From NCBI RefSeq assembly GCF_000485595.1, contig NW_014577063.1, positions 576,247 through 607,693 on the forward strand: 31,447 bases of DNA, given 5' to 3'. The translations under genes and the position numbers were made by a program. The notes beneath the pieces are model-generated. The model was not told the DNA's origin. It ran no database searches and saw only the letters and a program-made list of their open reading frames with translations. The first letter of the stretch is position 1. Each line of letters begins with the position of its first letter. This stretch comes from Priapulus caudatus. Lineage: Eukaryota. Positions 21,891 through 31,447 of this stretch are shown here, in pieces.

Positions 21891-22428
21891 CAGGTAAGAG
21901 CAGACGTGACAGCGAGTAAAAACAAACAGGTTGGCTGTAGATGTCTCAGAATGTCTCAGAATGTGAACCGACTGCTAGGCTACCACCCGACCTAGCTACC
22001 ATACTGATTATAGTAGAACATATATGCACTTCGCCGAGTTATCACCTGGTGATAGGATAGGCGAATTCCACTGCGGGGTATTTATCTATAGTTTTGTCGT
22101 TGGCTATACAGGTTACAGTGTGATTAATATCGCGTGTGTGCGTGAGAGCAAATCGTATATAAAATCTCTTTCTTGAGAGTCGATCATGTATGGCATTATA
22201 TCACACCTACCCGAGCTCTGGTCGATAATGGCAGAGATGAGGAGATAGAGGGAGGGGGGTACTCGAGAACATTCTCACTCGAATCTATTGTGAAATGACA
22301 TTTTTGCGAGGAAGGGCAGTAATCGCCGGGAGCGTACTGGGGATGGAAGCTTGTATACGTGTTATGTGAAGGTACAGCGCTTGTCTCCTAGCCTTTGGCA
22401 TGAAGCAGCTAACAACACTGCTAATGAT

Positions 22429-22617
22429 GCAACCGGCAGTTAGATGCGATATGATATGACTACTAGGCACTTTAATTTAATTTAATTTTTTTTTTTAGGG
22501 TTAGGGTTAGGGTTTAGGTTAGGTTTAGGGTTTAGGTTAGGTTAGGGATAGGGTTAGGGTTTTTTTTTTTTTTAAGTGCCTAGTAGTCATATCATATCGC
22601 ATCTAACTGCCGGGTGC
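22429..22617. mobile_element. Mutator (MULE)-type MITE with internal TTAGGG repeats
   Basis: 9-bp TSD GCTAATGAT (22420-22428 / 22618-22626). ~44-bp near-perfect TIR GCAACCGGCAGTTAGATGCGATATGATATGACTACTAGGCACTT. Centre is poly-T + degenerate (TTAGGG)n + poly-T. Confidence 0.9.
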
Positions 22618-22952
22618 GCTAATGATACGCCTCCCGCGGTGGCAAGTATGGATTTGCTGTTTTAATAACAGCTCAGGCCATACATGTTCGCGTTTGCACG
22701 CTCACGAAGGGCTTTTCTTTATTAAGGCGCATCTGTTACGTAATAGCACGGAGGATGTGCTTGCCAAGAGAGAATTGGTGTTCGCTCGCGTGCGTGCGTG
22801 TGTGCGTGCGTGTGTGTGTATGTGTGTGCGTGCGTGCGTATTTACAGTTGTGCATAGACACTTGTGCACGCAGATGCGTGTGTGAATATTGACGATAGGA
22901 TATCGATAAACCATTTCTGCGTGTACTACTGAACTGTTCCCTCTTTATTCAG

Positions 22953-23032
22953 GCCCCGGGGTATGTAGACGTGGGAGAGGAGAATGAACCTAGTCGGGAC
23001 AGCGAGAAGGATTTGGAACAGCAACAGCAGAG
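22953..23032 (+). CDS. GYG1: Glycogenin linker exon leading into first GS-binding motif
   Basis: CCCTCTTTATTCAG acceptor, AG|GTACAA donor. APGYVDVGEENEPSRDSEKDLEQQQQ(R). Its phase 0-to-2 structure is needed to put the next exon (WELG...) in frame. Confidence 0.8.
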
Positions 23033-23438
23033 GTACAAGCAGTTACTGTTGTTTTAGCGGCTCGTGCCAGCTGCTGTAAAATATTACTGCAGCAAATCAC
23101 TTCATGTGTTTGCATGCAGCCAGCAACAGAATGATTAACTTTCTTCCGCGAGTGCTCGATGTGGATTCTAGCGCTTATAGTAAAACTGCGGAATTCGCAA
23201 AAACATCACGCAGGCTCGCGCGGAAGAAGGAACAAACAAAAAGCAAAGACTACAAAATGCTCGCGGTGTTAGTATCATCAATTAATAGCATATTAGATTA
23301 CTAAATTCACAGAATGAACAGAGAGTGAATTAACTCAAACTGCACCAATGTGTTGGTATCGTTAATTACTGAATCGTTAGCATTGAATTACTGAATTCAC
23401 AGGTAGGAAATTAGTAACCCAGACTGCACCGATGCGTT

Positions 23439-23487
23439 CAACAGTCCGATGCGTGCTTGATATCTCATCTATATTATGACACTCCTG
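23439..23487. mobile_element. Degenerate CA...TG micro-element, 7-bp TSD
   Basis: ATGCGTT|CAACAGTC...TATTATGACACTCCTG|ATGCGTT; an empty paralogous site exists at 23340-23362. Confidence 0.75.
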
Positions 23488-23581
23488 ATGCGTTGGTATC
23501 GTAAATTAATAGCACTTAATTACTTTAATTAATTATTAAATTTAATTAATTAACTTAATTACTTATTAATTAACTTTACAG

Positions 23582-23819
23582 GTGGGAGTTGGGCAACCCT
23601 GACTACACCGGGGAGGATAGTTTTGAGAACATTCTTGCCCATCTGCACCTGACGACCGACTGCACTCTGGCTACGCCACGTCCGAGACCCAAAAAGGTGC
23701 AGCGAGTCATGGTTAGGCCTAAGTTCCACGGCGTGGATGGCTCGTCCACGGTGCCGTACACAGAGGAAGGTACCTGGCACAACGCGCCGCTGCCACGGCT
23801 AGAGGCAGACATCGATAAG
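23582..23819 (+). CDS. GYG1: Glycogenin exon with glycogen-synthase-binding motif 1
   Basis: TTTACAG|G acceptor, AAG|GTTAGT donor. (R)WELGNPDYTGEDSFENILAHL aligns to the human C-terminal [22 protein letters not shown]; the frame continues without a stop. Confidence 0.88.
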
Positions 23820-23943
23820 GTTAGTGAAGGATGCAAACGAGTGTTCGGTATTATTATATAGCAACAAATCGTGAGAATGACAGCCATCCACGTGGAAGAT
23901 TTAAAAAAATAGTTGTCAATGTGTGTTTGTGCGCGCACGTGTG

Positions 23944-23975
<32 letters not shown>

Positions 23976-24093
23976 TGCGTGTTTGTGCGTGCGTGTGTGC
24001 GTGTGTGCGCATGCGTGCGCGTATGTATTTAAATAAGCCCCCAATTTAAGTTACTTGAAATTATATCGAATGGCTTCCCTATCTCATGCATAG

Positions 24094-24756
24094 GTGGCGC
24101 CACACAATGGTTCCGAGTCTGGCAGTTCTGAGTCGGCGAGTGGAACAGACACTGAGGACGACGACGAAGCGCAAGACTTTGAATCTTGGATGAATGAGCG
24201 GCACAGCGCTAGGCCAGTGGCAGTGGGACGCATCGCATCAAAGCCCTCACCGTGTCGCATGTGCAAGCATGTGGAGACCGCCCCCAGAGAACAACCCCAG
24301 GTTGCTAGCACGGGCAGATCAGCGGCAGTATCGCAAGGTGCGAGGGCAGCGGCTGCAAAGGGGAGCGAGGAAAAGAGGAAATCGAAGAAGAAAATCGACG
24401 GAGCCGGTACGTGCGACAGAAACAGGAACAACAACAATAGCAACAGCGGCAACGTCTCGCGGACGCGGTTCGCGGGTGAGCGGCAATGCTACGCATCCAC
24501 CAGCAGTCGATCGAATGTCCAGCAGTCAGTCGCCAGCTTCGTCACACCGCGAACCCACGCGATCTTGACCGAAGAGGAAACCACACGAATGGAGAGCTGG
24601 GAGTCCGGAGCACCTGACATCGGTGGTGTGGATAAGTTTGACAGCATACTAACGCACGTCTTAAGCAAGGTCAATGGAGACAAGAAGCAGAATGAAGGCG
24701 GTAGCCGGCGTAAAGAGAAAAGAGCTGGCAGGAAGCATCGAAAGAAAACACTTTGA
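24094..24756 (+). CDS. GYG1: Glycogenin terminal exon with second GS-binding-like motif and basic tail
   Basis: CATAG|GTG acceptor in phase 0; 220-codon open frame to TGA at 24754-24756. Contains RMESWESGAPDIGGVDKFDSILTHV and ends RRKEKRAGRKHRKKTL. Confidence 0.82.
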   Translation: MAPHNGSESGSSESASGTDTEDDDEAQDFESWMNERHSARPVAVGRIASKPSPCRMCKHVETAPREQPQVASTGRSAAVSQGARAAAAKGSEEKRKSKKKIDGAGTCDRNRNNNNSNSGNVSRTRFAGERQCYASTSSRSNVQQSVASFVTPRTHAILTEEETTRMESWESGAPDIGGVDKFDSILTHVLSKVNGDKKQNEGGSRRKEKRAGRKHRKKTL

Positions 24757-25581
24757 TCGTACGATAAGATAAGTAATTCGCATGGAAAACGACAGAGAAA
24801 CGGTGGCAAGAAAATATTGAAGCAGCGGGCAGCGAAAAAAAGGTCCATCTACAATCACAGGACATAACAACACCAGTAAACCATATGTTAGATGATAATT
24901 CCTAGACGGTAGTGCTAAAATCAACTCTAGGAAGGCAATAGTAATCTTCTTTCGGCTTGACAGCTACTAGCAGGAATATATATATATATATGTTTGTGTT
25001 TGTTTGTGCGTGTGTGTGTATATTCCTGTTATATACGGTGGAAAATTCACTGAGGATCTTTCGGTACTCAGGGGCTCTAGCGTTATAGTACGATTTATAA
25101 AAATTGAACAAATGATTTAAGAATGCAACTACTTCTGAGGCTAACAGTTATGTAACGAATTAGTAGGGACAGTAATGTCGGCAATACTTTGGGAAACCTC
25201 AGAAATTGATCAGCTCAGCTTTACTATGTTTAACGATCGATGCATTTAATTGCAAGCTGCTGTAGAGACATGCTATAAATAGCATAGACTAACGATATCA
25301 CCAGAGAATTTACTCGGTATTCTTCTCTACGTTGTTTACTAATACTTACTGTGGCTAGGCCATACTAGGTGTGTGATAATGATAGAACAAGCACAGTATA
25401 TAAGATCGCTTGCATTCTGTTGAGAACCATAGTTAGTGAAATGATATGTAGTGTTGGTTTGTGATGAGAGTAGAAAGAGATAAAGATCTAGAGTTTAGAA
25501 CGGAAGGTAACTGTTTCAGTGAGCGCGTAGAGTATTCCGCAATTTATGACTGCCAATATTACGGCCGATAATCGGTTAAGG

Positions 25582-25587
25582 AATAAA
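25582..25587 (+). promoter_or_regulatory. Candidate polyadenylation signal of the glycogenin gene
   Basis: AATAAA about 830 nt after the stop codon, followed by T/G-rich sequence. Position only, no transcript evidence. Confidence 0.3.
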
Positions 25588-26123
25588 TTCGTTATTGTTA
25601 ATTAGTTATAGCTTGAAAAGACGATTACGCGTTGATATAAGAATAAGTGAGTTATGACAAGCCCGTGTCTAGCATTAATTAGCATTAATTACATTTACGC
25701 GCGCGCATGATTGTGACGAACTGAAGGTGTGACGCACGCCTAAGGTTAATTCCAGGTACAGTGGGTGAAATGAGGAGTCTTTACATATAATATAATACAA
25801 TAGTAAAATAATATAAATGCATACACGTATTATATTATATTAAAAATATGTAAGACTATAGTATAGGCAAGCGGAATTTTTTCGCTACGTCTACGCTCAT
25901 GTAGTGGCGAAAGTTGTACCCCTTAAAGACACTTTGAAACACACGCGATCAGAATTAAAAAAATGATGGAAAAAACGCGAAAAAATTGGCCGGAAATGTA
26001 AATAGGGGCCCACTACCAACGTGCATGTTCCGATTCCGGACGTAGATGCGTCATCAACGCACTATTCCCTCGACGTATGACCCACCACACGACCAAACGG
26101 GGCGGACGTCTATATCATATTGT

Positions 26124-26174
26124 CAGGAGTGAATAATAATAGTAATAATAGTAATATATTATTATTCACTCCTG
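26124..26174. mobile_element. 51-bp CA...TG micro-element, 7-bp TSD
   Basis: ATATTGT|CAGGAGTGAATAATAATA...TATTATTATTCACTCCTG|ATATTGT. Confidence 0.85.
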
Positions 26175-26239
26175 ATATTGTTAGAGCGCGTTCGAGTTGT
26201 TAAGGATGGCTGATGTTTGGAGCCGGTTGGGTGCAGGCA

Positions 26240-26935
26240 CGGAAATGATAACCGGAAGTGGGTTACGGAACGCGTGAACGTTCACTTATATACGCGTCCC
26301 GTCGTCTGGTCTGGTTTTATTTTCGCTCTTGCGCTCAGTCGGCTAGATTGTAGGGTTTTTCTGCCAGATATATGTATTTTTTAAATCGTTTTACTAAGTT
26401 GAATTAGTGAAATGATTCTATTTTCATATAAGCAGGAAAAAAAGCTGCCACGCGTGCGTTGACCGGTGCTAGATTGGCCAAATTACTCTGTTCAAAGTTA
26501 TTGGCGGTATCATCATCGCATTAGTGAATATTCAAATTGATTTAGTGTTGATCAAATGATTTGCCGGTTACCTGTTTTCGCGTCTAGCATTAGAAGAAAC
26601 TACACTGAATAGTGAACATATGTTTCGCGGCGGGGTAGCCGTGCGCGTTTGTTTTTCCCGGTGCAGACGCGTGTACGCGCACACAAGGGTTATGCGTAGA
26701 CGCTGACACCAAGCCACTGAGCTGTGTATAATTATATAATACCTGTTATGATAGATGAAAAAATAAATGTTATTATATACAGCTCGGTGCATCAAGCGTA
26801 CTGATTAACATCATCGGTGTTCCACGATTTGGGTCTCGTTGGCGGTCGCAATAGCATCACTAGTATTATGGTGTAATTAGTAGTATGGTGAGAATGAAAA
26901 CTGCCTAACTTTGTAGTTGCTTGACCGGAAGTCGC
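26240..26935. promoter_or_regulatory. Possible promoter region of a neighbouring gene
   Basis: ETS-type CCGGAAGT motifs at 26252-26259 and 26925-26932 in CpG-rich unique sequence; no associated coding exon found. Confidence 0.3.
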
Positions 26936-28939
26936 CTGTGTGCTGGCCACTGCAACCACGGCGCCACTAATCGTCCAGCGGTCAGTTACGCGACGCTCGC
27001 CTGACCGACAATTGTCCGTCAGAGCGTCCGAAAATCATTGTCGTGAGCTTCTAGTGCTTATTCGCGCAGTTACTGAATTGGTTTGCGTAGATATAAAACG
27101 GAGTAAAACTAATCCCGTATTTGCGAACTCGCATATATCAAAACTCTAGTCCTTTAATAATTCCTAAAACGTTCCTTTTGTGTGTGCAGACCATAGTCTA
27201 GATGTAGGCATTGGCATCAATACGTATCCAAGTGAAGTTCTAAACTGTGTGGATACCCTGTTGGTGACATGTGCGTCTAGTACTAAACGATGCTTAGTGT
27301 AGTCACGTTGTTATGTAATGAAATGTTTAATAGATGATTATTAAAAAATAAATCGCCACGTTATCTGGTTAGGGACAATATGAATTCTATGCATTCTTTC
27401 ATTCGAAAGTCACCGCACCGCTACGTCGTTGACGCTACCTACGCTTTATGATTATGAATTTATGTGCTGTTACGAGACCATATAAACTCCCCAAGTCGTT
27501 GCTGGTATCAACGCCTGATGTACACGCATAAGAGACAGTAGCAATCGGTTAACGTTGGAGACGCGAGCTACAATTACGGGGAGGCAAATCCATTTTAAAA
27601 AGGTGGGGGGCGAGACGTGGTTCAAGAGCCTGCGAGGGAGCAAAGCGGCCGAGTGGGGAGCTGGGAAGGGGGTATCCTCCGTCCAACGGTAGGAACTTTT
27701 CGTATTTTTGATCTCTAAACGTTTAATTTTCGCGCATTTTCATTGCAAGTATCAACTATTGTTTGTATCGTTTGCATGCCATAAACTAGGTCATCCTTCG
27801 GCTGATCACTCGAGGTCGATGAATTTTCAAAACTTTCCATTTCAAAGAATGCTTTTTTGACTTTTTCGTCTTCGTGTATATTGTTGATTGTATTCCATCA
27901 GGGGCTTCGACACATTTTTTGGAGGGGGGAGGGCAAACAATATATTCATAATTTAACGTGTTAAAGTATGGTAGCTTCAACTATGATATCTTTATGTATC
28001 TCTCAAATTTATCTCAAAAGAAAATTAAACTTGACACTTTTCACATGTACTGGAATTACAATCATTCACTGAGTGAAATATGTTTCTTTTTATGGATACT
28101 GAATCTGAGATAAAAAAAGGACTGGAATCCCCTTTTCCTTTAATAAAGGTATTTGTTTTAAAAGGTAATAAGCTTTTAATAAAGGTAATAAGGTTTTTTT
28201 TATAAAGGTAGTAGCCTTCATTTTCAAAGCATCGTGGGAGGTCTCGAACAAATTTTAGCTCATAGGCTCATTGTAGGCTCATTTAGACACTAGGTTATTT
28301 AGGCTCATTGTAACTTAAAATGAGGATTCATCAAAGTAAACATATCGCAGCATTGGATTTATGGTTATAATGTGACATTTAAATGAGAAATTAAACGTTT
28401 TCCTCTTAAGGCGACTGGAAGACGCCTTAAGAACTCAAAGAAAATACCCTAATGCCAATTGGCATCTACAAAGGAAGTTTTATGGAAATTGGGAGGGTGT
28501 GCAAATGAGGGCTACTACCTTTAATGTAAACACTAAAAAACTATCTAAACTCTAAAGTAATAGACTTTTGTTTTCACTGTATCTAAAATGAAAGACCCTA
28601 CGAATACCGTCTTGACCCTGTATCTCTTAACCCGTATACTGCTGAAAGGTTTTTAGATTTTGGAGAATTTTCATGTAGACCTACACTCCTAAAAAAGTTC
28701 GAAAATACAGGTTTGATCGATATATCTTTGTTGTACCTGCATTATTATCATTGCATTTCGTATCATTGGAAAGCCTGTTCATTTCCCTTCACAATGGTGT
28801 CCCATGGCAATGATTATGCAATTGGGGGATGTGCAGTACAGTTCGAAACAAGAGTCAATATAAAGGAGAATACACTTTTGACAATAGCAGTGCATTTTGT
28901 AACTATTTCACTTCAGACCCACCCCATATTCAGTTTAAT

Positions 28940-31330
28940 GATAAGAATTTATTACAGAAATCGATGCTGAGATACCCCTAACCATACTAAATGCGTTTTC
29001 ATCACAAAATAAAACTCTCTGTGAGATACTGCTCATGCGCTAAAACAGTAACGTAGATATGTTACGTACTTAATGGTATATGCTGGCGGTGACCTTACAT
29101 GCAAGGTCTGCTTCCTATTTCTGATATTGAGGTCTAATGTTTGAATTGTATTATATAAATCTATGCTAGAATGACCCCTCTTCATTTTAAAATCATGTTT
29201 GCAAAATATTCTTTTCTTCTCGGCAGATATTGCACATGCGCGAGCACCGTTTCAGACGTGCAGTACGGCCAAAGGGAAAAATACGTAAATATAGCTTGCT
29301 GAGGAGAGAGGGGTGGGAAACTGAGCGAAAGGTGCAGAGTAGACAGTCGAGGGCGAAGAGAGGAGAAGTAGGCTGAGCGTGCGACAATGGGGACAAAGGG
29401 AAGGGCGGGGCGAGATAAAGTAGGAGTCTGGCATCCCACAGGCTAGGGCGCTCTCCTAACTATAAACACAGGTCTACTGATAAGAATTTATTACAGAATC
29501 CCATGTTGAGATATCCCTGACCATACTAAATGCGTTTTCATCACAAAATAAAATTTCTCTGGTAATCCTCTGGTGAGATACTGCTCATGCCGCTAAAACA
29601 GTAACGTAGCCAGGTTACGTATATATATACGTATATATATCAATATAATAGAGATATTGCGCATGCGCGAGCACCGTTTCAGACGTGCAGTACGGCCAAA
29701 AAAAAAGTACGTAAACATAGCTTGCTGAGGGAGAGAGGGGTGGAAAAACTGAGGAAAGGTGTAGGGAAGACAGTCGGAGGGGCGGTGAAAGAGAAGAAGC
29801 TGCACGTGAGCCGTGCGACAATGGAGACAAGGAAGGGCGGCGCGGGATAAAGTAGCGGTTTTGCACACTACAGGCTAGGGCGCTCTCCTAACTACAAACA
29901 CAGGTCTACTGGTAAGAATTTATTACAGAAATCTATGTTACGATTATCCCCTGCCCATACTAAATGCGTTTTCATACACAAAATAAAACTCCTCTGTTGA
30001 GATATTTGCGCATGCGCTAAAACTGTAACGTAACCAGGTATGTACTTAATGGTATATGCAGCGGGGACCTTACATGGCAAGGTCTGCTTCTTACTTCTCA
30101 AGTAAAGTCTATGATAAAATTTTATTATAGAGATCTATGCTAGGCGAACCTCTTCATTTTAAATTCATAATGATGGCAAAATATTCTTCTTACTCGGAGA
30201 TATTGCGCATCCGCGAGCACCGTTTCAGACGTGCGGTAGCGGCCAAAGAAGTACGTAAAATATAGCTTGCTGAGGGAGAGAGGGGTGGGAAACTGAGCAA
30301 AGGTGCAGGAAAGACAGTCGAGGAGCGGTGGAAGGAGAAGGAGGCTGAGCGTGCGACAATGGAGATAATGGGAAGGGCGGGCGGAGACAAAGTAGGAGTT
30401 TTTGCACCCTACAGGCTAGGGCGCTCTCCTAACTATAAACACAGGTCTACTGATAAAAATGTATTACAGCATCCCATGCTGAGATATCCTTTAACCATAC
30501 TAAATGCATTTTCATCACAAAATAAAAACTCCTCTGGTGAGATATTGGACATGCCGCTAAAATGTAACGTATCCAGCTTATTTACTTAATGGTATATGCC
30601 AGCGGAGACTTTACATGCAAGGTCTGCTTCCTATTTCAGAAGTGAGGTCTACTGATAAAATTGTATCGTATAAATCTATGCTAGGATGACCCTCTTCATT
30701 TTAAATCATAATTTTTGCAAAATATTATTCTTCTCGGGGAAATATTGTGCATGCGCGAGCACCGTTTCAGGCTTGCAGCATCCTAAATAAAAGTAGGTAA
30801 TATAGCTTGCGGAAGGTAGAGAAGGGTGGCGAGACGGAAAGAAGCGATAGGGAAATGCTGAAGGCGGTGGAAGAAGAAATAACGCTGAGCATGCGACAAA
30901 GAAGCCGCGGGGAGGGCGGGCGAGGAATGAAAGTAGCGGTTTTGCACCCTACAGGTAGGGCACTCTCCTAACTATGAACACAGGTCTACTGATAAGGATT
31001 TATTACAGAATCCCATGTTGGATAATCGCCTGATCATACTAAATGCGTTTTCATCCAAAATAAAACTGCCTCTGTGAGATTTTGCGCATGCGCTAAAACT
31101 GTAACATAGCCGAGTTATGTAGCCTACTTAATGGTATATGCAGCGGGGACCTTACATGCAAGGTCTGCTCTCCTATTTCTGAATTGAGGTCTAATAATGG
31201 AATGTTATCTTATAAATCTATGGTAGGCATGACTCCTCTTCATTTTAAATTCATAATTTTGTGAAAATATTTTTTTTTCGGGAGATAGTGCGCATGCGCG
31301 AGCATCGGTTCAGGCGTGCAGTACGACCTA
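28940..31330. repeat. ~540-bp satellite array (4 units + partial fifth)
   Basis: Units start at GATAAGAATTTATTACAG-like sequence at 28940, 29479, 29911, 30452, 30991 (periods 539, 432, 541, 539); the second unit has an internal deletion. Confidence 0.92.
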
Positions 31331-31447
31331 ACCAATAGTCCGTAATTATACGAATGTACATAATTATCTACCACAGATATCAATAGCTACTGGAAGGCTA
31401 GCGAGGCGCTCGCGTACTATTCTTACATATTACAAGTCTATGTGCAT

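Noticed and set aside
21506..21925. 139-aa repetitive ORF or CRISPR-like array
   Set aside because: Head-to-tail 25-bp units without unique spacers, non-triplet period, no cas genes, eukaryotic intron context.
22495..22560. True chromosome end or telomere fusion
   Set aside because: Short, single-orientation TTAGGG tract enclosed by TIRs and a 9-bp TSD, i.e. MITE cargo.
27575..28930. Further interspersed repeat fragments and a hairpin at ~28404-28432
   Set aside because: Looks repeat-like, but I could not establish paired ends, TSDs or a family from the sequence alone.

Overview
Eukaryotic (probably non-arthropod invertebrate; TTAGGG arrays present) genomic DNA with no prokaryotic features. 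One host gene is supported: a + strand glycogenin (GT8 family) with eight GT-AG exons between 14741 and 24756. They splice in frame into about 563 codons; the N-terminal ~48 aa exon(s) were not found in the window. The catalytic core is intact, and the long C-terminus carries two copies of the glycogen-synthase-binding WE-G-D-G-D-F-I motif plus a basic tail. The rest is mostly repeats: a ~3.45 kb non-autonomous Helitron (1182-4631, - strand) carrying a ~1 kb CpG-rich fold-back and a second partial copy (~9860-12683), a rearranged PIF/Harbinger element with a broken transposase (5296-7566), two Mutator-type MITEs with 9-bp TSDs and internal telomeric repeats, a family of very small (mostly 36-87 bp) CA...TG hairpin elements with 7-bp TSDs that stack and nest, several micro/minisatellites, and a ~540-bp satellite array at the right end. 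All calls are from reading the sequence; no database searches were run.
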